Part shown: positions 30,327 through 40,249 of the stretch, one piece after another
How the letters are laid out: every line of letters begins with the position of its first letter
Numbering within the stretch: position 1 is the first letter of the stretch
Assembly (NCBI GenBank): GCA_038870975.1
Contig: JAVZJD010000002.1
Span: forward strand, 160,001-224,000
DNA from: Candidatus Bathyarchaeia archaeon
GTDB lineage: Archaea; Thermoproteota; CALKCG01; B24
Direction of reading: 5' to 3'
Length of the DNA: 64,000 bases
Made by a program: the position numbers and the translations under genes
Notes under the pieces: model-generated
The model's input: only the letters and a program-made list of their open reading frames with translations
Told to the model about the DNA's origin: nothing
Databases searched by the model: none

Positions 30327-31316
30327 ATGGATCCGGAGAAACTCCGCGAATTTTTAATGGGAGGAGCTGTAATATGCGTTCAACTAACTCCATTTAAAGA
30401 AGATGAAAGCGTGGATTACGAGGGTTTAAAGGAGAATACGAGTTTTTTAGTCGAGGAGTGTAAAGGTGAACCTCTAGTTTTAACCCCTGTGGGAAGTACT
30501 GGGGAGAAGTATGCTGTTACAGATGAGGAGTGGAGGAGGATCGTTAAAACAGTTGTAGATGCTGCTAACGGTAGGGTTCCAGTTGTACCAGGTGCTTCAC
30601 ACTCTGGCACTAGAGTTGCGATAGAGCGTGCTAAGTATGCTCAAGATGTTGGCGCGGATGGTGTTATGGTAGTCCTACCGTATTATCACGTTCCAGAGGA
30701 GGAGGGGCTATATCTACACTATAAGGAGATTGCAGACTCGATAGAAATAGGCGTCATACCTTACAATAACCCGGATGTTTCAAAGATATACATGATGCCG
30801 CATGTCCTTAAGAAGCTGGTGGATAATACTACCAATATCGTTGCGGTAAAGGAGAATACACCATACATACAAACGCTCTACGAGCATATAAAAACTGTAG
30901 GAGATAGAGTACCGATTATGCAGGGTAGAGGTGAATGGTGGTTTGCTGCAACAGTCTTCCTAGGCGTAAGAGGGTACATTTCTGGCTATGCAAATTTCAT
31001 GCCTGAAATATCCTTTGAACTGCTTAAAGCCGGATTGAATGGAGATTACCGGAGGATGAAGGAGGTAGTGAAGAGGCTTGATCCGTATGAGGAGTTTGTA
31101 GCGAAAATCTGTAGGAAGTATGGTCCATCGACGACAATACTGCCCTATCCCTATGTAAACTCTTACATGATATACGCTGTGATGAAGGCAACCATGGATA
31201 TACTTGGGCTTAAAGGTGGACGAATGAGGCTACCTCTACTGGATTTAAAGAAGGAGGATAGGAAGGAGTTGGAGAGAATAGTATTTGAAGTGTTGAAATT
31301 GGAGAAAGTACGTTGA
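30327..31316 (+). CDS. DHDPS/NAL (DapA-like) class I aldolase
   Basis: GSTGE, PYY, YNNP, Schiff-base VKE. Confidence 0.85.
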   Translation: MDPEKLREFLMGGAVICVQLTPFKEDESVDYEGLKENTSFLVEECKGEPLVLTPVGSTGEKYAVTDEEWRRIVKTVVDAANGRVPVVPGASHSGTRVAIERAKYAQDVGADGVMVVLPYYHVPEEEGLYLHYKEIADSIEIGVIPYNNPDVSKIYMMPHVLKKLVDNTTNIVAVKENTPYIQTLYEHIKTVGDRVPIMQGRGEWWFAATVFLGVRGYISGYANFMPEISFELLKAGLNGDYRRMKEVVKRLDPYEEFVAKICRKYGPSTTILPYPYVNSYMIYAVMKATMDILGLKGGRMRLPLLDLKKEDRKELERIVFEVLKLEKVR

Positions 31317-31329
31317 TATGCGTCGCATA

Positions 31330-32208
31330 TTAGCCTGGTAATCCCGCACTCCTCCAAACTTTCTTCAGGTAGTCGCCAGTCAATCTCACGGCGTCTTCAG
31401 GTGGCATTCTATTGACTCTATCACTGAAGGGTTCGGGTGTTACAGGCCCATCGTAGCCTATGCTTTTTAAAGCCCTGAGGAAACCTACTAGGTCGATTAC
31501 ACCAGTCTCTCCCGGTAGACACCGTACATTGTCGATAAGCTTATCTATTGGCACGTCTGCCGGGGCATCGTTTATATGCACGTAGACAACGTCTCTACCT
31601 TTAAGCTTTAATATGTCTTCCAACGTTCCTCTCGATGCATACCAATGCCAGCTATCTAAGAGTACACCTACGTTTTCCAGCTCTAAGGCTCGACATAGCT
31701 CCAGTATTCCACTCAAATCATATATGAAGCTGTACTTCCGGTTTACTCTAAGCGTCTCCGTACCCACGAACTCCAATCCGAGCCTACAATCGGCTTTGGA
31801 TAAAACCTCAGCTATGGGTTTAAGTCTGGAGATGTGCCAATTAAAATTCTCTTCAAAAGGCTTATCATCTGAGAATGGCAGGATCCATGTAAAAACCCTT
31901 GTGCACTCTACTTCAGATGCTATGGAGGCTAGACGGTTTAACCTTGTTAAGCCCTTCTCGTATGTATCTACGTCTCTACGCCATTCAAACGGTAGACCCC
32001 AGCCTCCAGGCTTTACTCCTCCATCTCTGAAAAGCCTTCTCACGTAATCTATAGATTTTTCCTCTGCAAGCTTTAAAACCTCATTTATATCTATTTCAAG
32101 CCCTTGGAAACTGCCCAGCTTCGCAAGCTTGATGTTTTCATTTAGTGTTTTATGGATGCCTATAGCGTATGGACTTAAATTTCTAAACATACCCTCTAGT
32201 ATGTCCAT
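31330..32208 (-). CDS. Sugar phosphate isomerase/epimerase (TIM barrel)
   Basis: LEFVG, LDSWHW, VHINDA, EPF. Confidence 0.85.
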   Translation of the reverse strand: MDILEGMFRNLSPYAIGIHKTLNENIKLAKLGSFQGLEIDINEVLKLAEEKSIDYVRRLFRDGGVKPGGWGLPFEWRRDVDTYEKGLTRLNRLASIASEVECTRVFTWILPFSDDKPFEENFNWHISRLKPIAEVLSKADCRLGLEFVGTETLRVNRKYSFIYDLSGILELCRALELENVGVLLDSWHWYASRGTLEDILKLKGRDVVYVHINDAPADVPIDKLIDNVRCLPGETGVIDLVGFLRALKSIGYDGPVTPEPFSDRVNRMPPEDAVRLTGDYLKKVWRSAGLPG

Positions 32209-32305
32209 AGTTCTTTAAAGCTTTTCACCTGCTTAACCAAGGCTGGGGATTGTAGGGTTGTTAAGCTTAAATATCATTTCCTCCTCTGAGGATGTAGGTG
32301 GTCTA

Positions 32306-33292
32306 TTGGTAAACGTCGGCATTATAGGTTGTGGAGGGATAATGAGGGGGTGTCACATACCAATACTGGCTAAAATGTCGAATGTAAAATTGGTTGCCTT
32401 CTGCGACGTTGAAATCGGTAGAGCCAGAGAGTTGGCTCAAACGTATAAAGCGAATGCTTACGCCGACTACCGGGATATGCTTCTAAGGGAGAGGCTTGAC
32501 GCGGTGTTTATAGCTGTTCCACCCTATGCGCATGGATTTGAAGTGGAGGTTGTTGAAAAAGGGATACATATTTTCGTTGAAAAGCCGGTTGCATTAGATT
32601 TAGATACGGCTAAACAGGTGGAGAAAGCCATTCAGAGGTCTGGGGTTGTAAATAGCGTGGGGTATATGTGGCGTTACCTGGATACTACGGATAAGGCTTT
32701 AGAAGTTTTAAGAGACTCCGGTCCAATAGTCCTCGTTGAGGGTCACTATATAGACCCATTTTGGCTTCCACCTGGGCATTGGTGGCTTAGTAAGAGTAAA
32801 GGTGGAGGACAGGTTATTGAACAGGCAACTCACGTTTTCGACTTGGCTAGGTTTCTAGTTGGCGATGTTGAGAAAGTATACGCTGAATTCGACTACAGTT
32901 TGATAGGTAAGTATGCAGCGGGCTCCGATGTTGAAGACTGCTCTATAACGGTTTTAAAATTTAAAAATGGAGCCATAGGTGTTATAACTGCTACATGTAT
33001 CAGTAGAAACACCTACAACTTCACAGACTTGAAAATCCTAGCTGAGAAAACGGTTATAGAACACGGAGGACACAGAGGCTTCTTAAGATTATACAGGCAC
33101 AATAGGATTGAAGAGATTAGACCGTCTGTAGACCCGTATGCTCTAGAGGATGAGATATTCATAGATGCCGTTGAGAAGGGTGATACATCTAAGATAAGGT
33201 CAAACTACAGCGACGCTGTAAAGACGTTAGAGGTTACATTAGCCGCTAATGAATCCAGTAGTACCAGTAAATCGGTAAAACTCAGCCAGTAG
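32306..33292 (+). CDS. Gfo/Idh/MocA family oxidoreductase
   Basis: GIIGCGGI, EKP, EQATHVFD; TTG start after GGTGG. Confidence 0.9.
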   Translation: MVNVGIIGCGGIMRGCHIPILAKMSNVKLVAFCDVEIGRARELAQTYKANAYADYRDMLLRERLDAVFIAVPPYAHGFEVEVVEKGIHIFVEKPVALDLDTAKQVEKAIQRSGVVNSVGYMWRYLDTTDKALEVLRDSGPIVLVEGHYIDPFWLPPGHWWLSKSKGGGQVIEQATHVFDLARFLVGDVEKVYAEFDYSLIGKYAAGSDVEDCSITVLKFKNGAIGVITATCISRNTYNFTDLKILAEKTVIEHGGHRGFLRLYRHNRIEEIRPSVDPYALEDEIFIDAVEKGDTSKIRSNYSDAVKTLEVTLAANESSSTSKSVKLSQ

Positions 33293-33303
33293 GTGTATCT
33301 TAT

Positions 33304-34293
33304 ATGGCTTTAGGTGTTGGAGTCGTCGGTTGTGGCGGTCAAGGCTTAGCGCATATTGAACGCTTTCTAAGAGATGGACGCGTTAAACTACAGGCGGTCT
33401 GCGATGTAGATGAAGCTAAAGCCAAGGAGGCGGCTAAACGGTTTAACGTCGAATATTACACCAGCTATGAGGAGTTCTTGGAGAATCCGAATTTAGACAT
33501 CGTTAGTATTGCTACGCCTAACTACATGCATGCTTCTCAAACGGTGGCTGCTTTAAACGCCGGTAAACACACCCTGTGTGAGAAGCCCATGGCTTTAACG
33601 GTTGAAGACTGCGATGAGATGATTAAAGCCTCTGAAAAATCCGGTAGACTTCTAGCAGTAGGTTTCCAGTTAAGGTTTAAAGACGCTTTCCAAAAGGTTC
33701 GAAGTTTACTGCATGAGCTTGAAGAACCTTTAAACGCTTACGTGTTGAGGCTTTCACCCAACCCCTATGATTTAAACCTTGAGTGGAGGAGGAAGAAGTC
33801 CCTCATGGGAGGACTAATACTCAGCATGAATTGTCATGAAATAGATATGATGAGGTGGCTCCTAGGCGAAATAGACTATGTTAAAGCGGATTTAAAAACC
33901 ATGCTCTATGGAGATATCATCGACTACGAGGATAACGCATGGCTGACTTTGGGCTTTAAAAGGGGACTAACGGCCGTGCTCGGGTCGAGTATGACTGCTC
34001 ACACATCGGTATACGAGTACATGTTTATCTGTAGAGGTGGAACCGTTATTCTCCACCCGTGGGAGAATAAGATATCGGTTTTCCAAGAGCATGCCAGTAG
34101 GACGGTAATAGCCGAGAGTGATGACCCTCTGCAGAAAGAGATATCTTGCTTCATAGACTCCGTAGAAGATGGGAAGCTTAAACCGCCTCTAGCCTCAGGA
34201 ATAGATGGTAGAGCTGCTACAGCGGTCATAGAGGCTGCGAGAAGGTCTTCTGAAAAAGGTGGGTTAGCTGTAAAACCTAGGGGAGGTTTTTAA
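33304..34293 (+). CDS. Gfo/Idh/MocA family oxidoreductase
   Basis: GVVGCGG, CEKPMA, CHEID. Confidence 0.9.
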   Translation: MALGVGVVGCGGQGLAHIERFLRDGRVKLQAVCDVDEAKAKEAAKRFNVEYYTSYEEFLENPNLDIVSIATPNYMHASQTVAALNAGKHTLCEKPMALTVEDCDEMIKASEKSGRLLAVGFQLRFKDAFQKVRSLLHELEEPLNAYVLRLSPNPYDLNLEWRRKKSLMGGLILSMNCHEIDMMRWLLGEIDYVKADLKTMLYGDIIDYEDNAWLTLGFKRGLTAVLGSSMTAHTSVYEYMFICRGGTVILHPWENKISVFQEHASRTVIAESDDPLQKEISCFIDSVEDGKLKPPLASGIDGRAATAVIEAARRSSEKGGLAVKPRGGF

Positions 34294-34301
34294 ACAATCC
34301 C

Positions 34302-35228
34302 ATGGCTGTGGGTTACAATAGATTGGAGGTTTGGAGCGGCTTCGACCTAGCTTCCTCTCTTAAAGCCAGTTTTTCACTCCCCCTTTTTGAAAACCCAAAG
34401 TCTGACACCTTCGTTAAAATATATGGTTATTCTGCTGGTTCGATTTTCAAAATCGAGAAAGATGCCACGTATTACTATGGTTGTAGTCTTAACGATGCAC
34501 TACTTTTAAGCGGGGCTTGGTTCAACCCCCTTGAAAACGTGAAAAAGCTCAGCCGTAGGAGGGCAGCATACGTTTACGAGTTTTTAGAGGTCTTTCCAGG
34601 TTTAAGCATAGCCGTCGATCCTTGGGATTTAAAAGCCATGTTCTACTCCATCTTCCTATCGAGGAATACGAGTTATCACATTAATACCGTCCGCTGGCTA
34701 CGTTGTATGGCTGTTGAAGCGGGGGATGAGGGGAAGCTAGTCTCTCTAGACCCGAGGGTTTTCGGGAGAAGCTATCAACTCGTTCAATTGGCTGAAATCA
34801 AACCTGAGTTGGATAAAACGTTGGACTCTATAGCCCTTGAGCTTAAATTTTTTGAATATGAAGATGTTTTTTCACGTGTGAAAACTAGGCTTTTACAGCT
34901 TCCATACGTCGGCTCTAAGTCCGTACACGCCTTTGGACTCTTCTGCCTAGGCTTAACGCGCCTTGCACCAGTGGATAGGCATTTAATGGAGATTGCCAAA
35001 TCGATAGGGGTGGCGGATAATCGCTTTAAAATACCTAGGAAGGAGCTCTGTATGAAGTATGACTGCCTTAAGGGTTCTGATGGCTGTCCAAGGTTTGAAG
35101 TATGTTTAACAGCTAAATTGATGCGTGAATTTGGAGCTATGGCTGGTTGGATTCAGACGGCAGCATACTTATACGGTGCTCAATACTTAAGTAGAGGATT
35201 AGACCCAGCTGGTATTCTCAGGAGATGA
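34302..35228 (+). CDS. HhH-GPD superfamily (DNA glycosylase-like) protein with a C-terminal four-Cys cluster
   Basis: LLQLPYVGSKS (HhH), APVDRH, CxxxxC...CxxxxxC, AGWIQT. Confidence 0.6.
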   Translation: MAVGYNRLEVWSGFDLASSLKASFSLPLFENPKSDTFVKIYGYSAGSIFKIEKDATYYYGCSLNDALLLSGAWFNPLENVKKLSRRRAAYVYEFLEVFPGLSIAVDPWDLKAMFYSIFLSRNTSYHINTVRWLRCMAVEAGDEGKLVSLDPRVFGRSYQLVQLAEIKPELDKTLDSIALELKFFEYEDVFSRVKTRLLQLPYVGSKSVHAFGLFCLGLTRLAPVDRHLMEIAKSIGVADNRFKIPRKELCMKYDCLKGSDGCPRFEVCLTAKLMREFGAMAGWIQTAAYLYGAQYLSRGLDPAGILRR

Positions 35229-36028
35229 TTATATTGACTGTAGTATCACGCTACGACCCACTAAAGTTGACAGATAAAGTAAGAGGGGTCGTTACTAGAA
35301 TCGGGTTGAATGGTGTAGAGGAGAGGCGCTACTATAGGTTTAGAGGCGGACGTTGGTATGGTGGTATAGCTACTGGAGACGTTGTAGGGTGTAATTTGAG
35401 GTGTGGGTTTTGCTGGAGTTGGAGGGAGGCTAGTCATAGAATGGTGGAGGGGTCTTTCTACAAGCCGGAGGAAGTCTTCAGGAGGCTTGTAAGCATAGCT
35501 GATGCACGGGGGTATAGAGCCGTCAGGTTGAGTGGGGGAGAGCCTACGATTTCAAGGGGTCACATTTTAAGGCTATTGGAGCTGTTTGAGGGTACCAACT
35601 ACACATTCATACTTGAAACAAACGGTATTCTAATAGGGGCGGATAAAACCTATGCGGAAGAACTTGCAGAGTACAAAAATCTATCCGTCAGAGTTTCCAT
35701 TAAAGGTACGAGTGAGGAGGAATTCCACATGTTGACGTTGGCAGAGCCGAGCTTCTTCCAATACCAGTTGAAAGCTTTAAGAAATCTTATAGACGTCGGA
35801 TTGGAACCGGGTAGACGCGTCTACCCAGCGGTTATGCTAAGCTTCAGTAGCGCTGAAAACTATGAAAGTTTGAAAACCCTTTTAGCAGAAATACATCCCC
35901 AGCTTCCAAAAGAAATAGATGAAGAGTATGTAATACTCTATCCACACGTTATTAAAATCCTAGAGGTCAGAGGGCTGAAGCCGAAGATCGCCTACAAGCC
36001 TGAAGGCATCCCGGCATTTATGATATGA
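35225..36028 (+). CDS. Radical SAM protein
   Basis: CNLRCGFC, SGGEP, ETNG. Confidence 0.9.
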   Translation: MIILTVVSRYDPLKLTDKVRGVVTRIGLNGVEERRYYRFRGGRWYGGIATGDVVGCNLRCGFCWSWREASHRMVEGSFYKPEEVFRRLVSIADARGYRAVRLSGGEPTISRGHILRLLELFEGTNYTFILETNGILIGADKTYAEELAEYKNLSVRVSIKGTSEEEFHMLTLAEPSFFQYQLKALRNLIDVGLEPGRRVYPAVMLSFSSAENYESLKTLLAEIHPQLPKEIDEEYVILYPHVIKILEVRGLKPKIAYKPEGIPAFMI

Positions 36029-36134
36029 AGCAATGTAACTGTGTATTTTTGGGCGAATTTTAATTGAAAGGTTAAACGCTTGTGGTTGGGTTTTTCATAA
36101 AAGTATGGCTTGTATTGAGCATAGAGTTAGTACG

Positions 36135-37361
36135 CTATTTTTGCATTTCCCGTATAGACTGCGTCTGTTCAGACGTTGAACTGTAGGATTTATGTAAGGT
36201 TATGGAGGATATAAAGGCCAGTATCACCGTCATAAGGACGATTGTAGAGTATAAGTCTGGCGTTATAACTCCGGATGTAAAACCTATGGACGCTATAATT
36301 ATGCTTATTTCGCCCCTGGGAATCATACTTATCCCCACGTCAAGAGCCTTACGGCTTCCCCTCGATAGGAGGAAAACTGGTAGAGTGCAGCCTACGAGTT
36401 TTCCGACTACTGCTACAAGGGTAAATGCAATAAGTAAACCCGTAGACATTGGACTAAAGCTGGTGAGGTTTGCAGCGGCGCCCATTACTCCAAAGAACAT
36501 GGGTGAGAAAATTAGGGCGATCGTTGATATGAATTCTCTTACACGTTTAATGGATTTTGTCCTAGCTATAGCCATTCCAGCTATTAAAGCACCTACAAAA
36601 GATGAAAGCCCTATGGCTTGGCTTAAGGCGGCTAAAAAGAAGCAGGACGCTACACTTAGGGATTCAATGCTTCCTGAAACCTTCCACTCAGATTGATCGA
36701 TGACGTAAGGAATGACGTAAACGCCTACGGCAAGCATTACCATAAGCAGTAGGATCACTTTAAAAATCGTTTCCACTATGTTGGAGATGGAAGGGAATGT
36801 TGAATTTAAGGCAACGGAGCGTGCTAATGCTATAAGAATAACGCCGAAGATACTGTCGACCATTGTAGCGTTTATGACGATTTGCGACTCCCTCCTAGAT
36901 GTAAGATGAAGGTCTTCTAGAATGCGTATGGTAACGGCGGCACCAGTTATAGAAATCGATGCCGCTAAGATTATGGCCGATTGAAAAGATAGCCCGAAAA
37001 AGATGCTGAGCGAATAGACTAGGATAAAGGTTGAAACAACTCCTATGCAACTGGTTAAAATGGAGGCCCATAAAACCTCTCTTAACTCGGCAAACGAGGT
37101 TTCAAGCCCGGCGAGAAATAGCAGGACGATTCCACCCATCTCTGCAAATGCAAAGACTATTTCATTAAACTCCACAAGGGGGACTCCGTAGATTGTGATG
37201 GCGGTCCCTAAGGCATAAGGACCGAATACGATGCCAGCAAGTAGCTCTCCTAAAACGGGAATCTTAAGCGGAGTAAATACTTCCGCGGCGAGTTTTGCTA
37301 CGACGATTAATACACATAAGCTCAATATGGCTCTTAAAGCTGGGTCTAAAACTGCAACCAT
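36135..37361 (-). CDS. Cation:proton antiporter (CPA2/NapA-KefB-like)
   Basis: GELLAG, LFLAGLE, FF..MG, PRGE. Confidence 0.9.
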   Translation of the reverse strand: MVAVLDPALRAILSLCVLIVVAKLAAEVFTPLKIPVLGELLAGIVFGPYALGTAITIYGVPLVEFNEIVFAFAEMGGIVLLFLAGLETSFAELREVLWASILTSCIGVVSTFILVYSLSIFFGLSFQSAIILAASISITGAAVTIRILEDLHLTSRRESQIVINATMVDSIFGVILIALARSVALNSTFPSISNIVETIFKVILLLMVMLAVGVYVIPYVIDQSEWKVSGSIESLSVASCFFLAALSQAIGLSSFVGALIAGMAIARTKSIKRVREFISTIALIFSPMFFGVMGAAANLTSFSPMSTGLLIAFTLVAVVGKLVGCTLPVFLLSRGSRKALDVGISMIPRGEISIIIASIGFTSGVITPDLYSTIVLMTVILAFISSITLHKSYSSTSEQTQSIREMQK

Positions 37362-37527
37362 AAAAATACTCAGACTTAGAAATGAATTCAGACCAACTTT
37401 AATATTTTTCGGTTTTAACCTTTCTATAAAAAAGTTGAAGCAGATGTGTAGTAGAATGGCTACGCAACAATCGCTATATTTTAAAATGACGCCACAGTCT
37501 GATGGTTGTCATATGTAAATTCTAAGA

Positions 37528-37616
37528 TGGCGCCGGGGGTGGGATTTGAACCCACGAGCCCCGTATGGAGCACAGGCTTAGCAGGCCTGCACCCTACCAG
37601 ACTAGGTGACCCCGGC
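37528..37616 (-). tRNA. tRNA-Ser(GCT), CCA encoded
   Basis: GCCGGGG acceptor, CT-GCT-AA loop, long variable arm. Confidence 0.95.
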
Positions 37617-37744
37617 TCGGGTATACTTAACTCATTTTATCACGTGACTCCTTCCATGCATTATTTCTAATGCAGTAGACGAATTTAAAGTTTTGTGGTG
37701 TAAATGAGGCAGGGATAGATTCCTTACTCGCTCAGGGAAAAATA

Positions 37745-38068
37745 TTAGAGCAGTTTACTTAAGCTTTCGATAACTCTCTCTTTTCTTCCGTAAGCCCCCT
37801 CATTAATAAGCATGAGGAGCTTATTCGTCACATCTCGATAAGGTTCGATGACTTTACTTATGGCATAATCTATAAACTCGTGCTTCAAGGTCTCTAAAGC
37901 CTTTTCAAAATCTTCTTCATAGATGTAAATGGTCTCTCCTTTAACCTCACCAGATAATTTTGAGTCGCCGTTTGGAATCCAGACTACTTTTAATTCATAG
38001 TCCATTTTAAGCAAGCGCTTTAGCCTCTCAAGCCTTCTTCCTGTGGCTTGTTTCAGCGCGGCTTTCAT
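37745..38068 (-). CDS. Hypothetical protein (probably mobile-element associated; degenerate HExxx motif)
   Basis: ORF with normal composition, LKHEFIDY; coupled to the upstream relic. Confidence 0.6.
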   Translation of the reverse strand: MKAALKQATGRRLERLKRLLKMDYELKVVWIPNGDSKLSGEVKGETIYIYEEDFEKALETLKHEFIDYAISKVIEPYRDVTNKLLMLINEGAYGRKERVIESLSKLL

Positions 38069-38380
38069 TTGGCATCACTCAGCCCAATCAGATTCGGTAG
38101 CTTTTGTAACCCGTTTATCTCAAGAACGGTTATTCCCTTTCCATATAGCTTGGCGCATTTTTCAACCGACTTCTTCACAGAGCTACTTCCACAAACTATT
38201 GTGGACTTTTTAAACTTAGCCTCTATGAGCTTTTTAACGTTAACCTCTACGTCACTCTCCCCGGTTTCAACCTCTATCGCTATCCTCTTATCTACAACTA
38301 TGTCGATGAACTTGCCATCGCCTATTGGAGATTCCAACTCAACTTCAAGTCCTAAGCGTTCAAATTCCTCAGCTATGAGC
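38065..38380 (-). pseudogene. C-terminal PD-(D/E)xK nuclease-fold fragment of a larger gene
   Basis: LIAEEFERLGLEVELE...FIDIVVDKRIAIEVETG; 5' part replaced by the opposite-strand GT relic. Confidence 0.6.
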
Positions 38381-38682
38381 TTAGTGCTTGGAGGGATGGC
38401 TTTAGAATACTGATGGCTGCCGTAAGGGTTATGTGGCTCTACAATCCAGTATTCCTATTCTCATCTCTACTGGCACTACTGATCGTACCTGGAGCTATAA
38501 TCCTCCTGGAGCAGTTTACGTTGAGATACCTATACGGTGCTGAAGCCTGGTCTTTGGGATGGTCTTGGCTTGGATTAGTCTTATTCGTAGCCGGTCTCCA
38601 AGGGTTAACCATAGCAACGATATCTCTAATACTTAAGAGGATGGAGAGGAGGATAATCCGCATACTTGAGGGAAGAATGTAA
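38380..38682 (+). pseudogene. C-terminal fragment of a DPM1-like family 2 glycosyltransferase
   Basis: LSAWRDGFRIL...YNP..LF followed by two TM helices; catalytic domain absent. Confidence 0.7.
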
Positions 38683-38951
38683 GGAATTCCAAAACCTTAG
38701 GCGTAGTTGAATACTTCACTCTGAAGCCTAAGCCTTTAGCCTCTGGCTTCAATTTTGGGGAGTTCGCAGTCGAATTTATCTTAGAGTTACACGCCAATGG
38801 ATGGACTGTTGAAGAAAGGGTTTAGATAAGTTTAAGAATTACGTGGGGATTAGTGTATATCTGATGGAGAGGGTTCGCAGTCGTATAGGACATATATATC
38901 CTATTAGAAGGAGGATAGGTCATATATATCCATTGAAGAAGTGGTTAGAAC

Positions 38952-39374
38952 GTGGCCGTTAGAGTGAGACTCAGAGTTACCAGTAGGTATGGCGGGGAGG
39001 TTCCTACACCCGCTCTAGTCAACTCTGGTTTCGAGGCTGAGACGCCACAGTTGCTACTGCCCAGGGGCCTCGCATCGATACTCAACCTATGGCCCCCACC
39101 ACCTGAAGCACAGCTCATAGAGGTTGGGACTGCTGGAGGCCCTGTAAGAAACTATATAGTACCTAGAGCTCTACAGGTATGGGTTGAAACAGAGGATAGA
39201 AGAGTTGGACCCATAGAATGCGATGCTATGATCTCACTACTAGAGTACGAGGTTCTGATAAGCGATATGCTTGGTGGAGAACTAGGAATAGTCATACTAG
39301 ATTTGAGAGGTAAATGGAGGTTCACAGACGAGGATAAGGTTAGATCAACAGAGCCACCACGATACTGGTTCTAA
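38952..39374 (+). CDS. Retropepsin-fold protein with catalytic Asp replaced by Asn (ALVNSG)
   Basis: ALVNSGFE, flap-like VGTAGG, VLISD. Confidence 0.7.
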   Translation: MAVRVRLRVTSRYGGEVPTPALVNSGFEAETPQLLLPRGLASILNLWPPPPEAQLIEVGTAGGPVRNYIVPRALQVWVETEDRRVGPIECDAMISLLEYEVLISDMLGGELGIVILDLRGKWRFTDEDKVRSTEPPRYWF

Positions 39375-39511
39375 ACCTCCGACAGAGATGTACAGCCAAG
39401 CTCCAAAACCGATGTAGATGATAGAACGGTATGAAACCTCTATAATCACCCTCAGATACGATACTGAGCATAATGAGACGATGCTTTACGATATCGACAC
39501 ACTTAACCGAA

Positions 39512-39556
39512 GCCGAGAGTAGGGTGTACACGACGCCGATACTCCACGGGGAACTG
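39512..39556 (+). pseudogene. Short relic of a family 2 glycosyltransferase
   Basis: AESRVYTTPILHGEL matches AESKAYATPIFHGEL in the gene at 41846-42631. Confidence 0.6.
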
Positions 39557-39621
39557 GGCAAGCTTCATCCCAGATATAACTACTGGTAAACTGGAGAAGG
39601 TTGAAGAGCTTCTCTTCTAGA

Positions 39622-39733
39622 GCAGTCTCCTCCAGTTCAAGCATCGCATATCTACAGAGGGCTGTGTTATCCTTGAAGAACAGCCTGGGCTTTATGAAGC
39701 TTCAGTCGTACAAGCCTCCATGGCATTATACGC
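39622..39733 (+). repeat. Degenerate copy of the 3' end of the MNT gene at 40239-40637
   Basis: 35-bp exact match 39658-39692 = 40531-40565 within ~100 bp of similarity. Confidence 0.85.
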
Positions 39734-39820
39734 GCTGATCCAGATTATCCTCAGGAGGAGGAGGTTGTTGAAACTAAAACTTAATAAAATGAGTTTATAA
39801 ATTGCTGTGTGGATTGAGGG

Positions 39821-40249
39821 TTGAATCTTGAAAGAGTTAATAAGGCATATGTTGAGAAGCTCATATTTGACATTAGGAAATCTATCGAGTCCATCACCGG
39901 TTATGCTGTTAAGCAGTATAAGGCTATGAGTGAATCCGAGAGGTATGCTGTGAGGTACCATTTGATCGTTATGATCGAAGCTTTGATGGCTCTATCGTTG
40001 CATATCGCTAGGAGGGTTTTTAACGAGGAGCCGGAAACCCCATCTTATGCCTTTAGAGTCCTCAGGGATAGATGCTTAGTCTCAACAGAGGAATGCGATG
40101 AATTACTTAAGCTTTTAGGGTTGAGGAATCTACTGGTGCATAGATATTGGGTTGTGGATGATGAGAGGATATATAGGGATGTGAAGAAGGATTTTAAAAG
40201 TGTATTCAGCCTGATCGAGAAGATCGAAGGGTTGCTAGGTGATGATTGA
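39821..40249 (+). CDS. HepT-like (DUF86) HEPN ribonuclease toxin
   Basis: RNLLVHRY (RX4HXY). Confidence 0.9.
   Translation: MNLERVNKAYVEKLIFDIRKSIESITGYAVKQYKAMSESERYAVRYHLIVMIEALMALSLHIARRVFNEEPETPSYAFRVLRDRCLVSTEECDELLKLLGLRNLLVHRYWVVDDERIYRDVKKDFKSVFSLIEKIEGLLGDD

Noticed and set aside
36202-36696. Long antisense/overlapping ORFs in the track (also 21044-21520, 31613-32047, 27184-27552, and tRNA-overlapping 20190-20378 and 56432-56647)
   Set aside because: Shadows of well-supported genes or tRNAs with no recognisable motifs
37617-37744. attL/attR copy of the tRNA-Arg(CCG) 3' end
   Set aside because: No matching sequence visible; the left island boundary remains approximate
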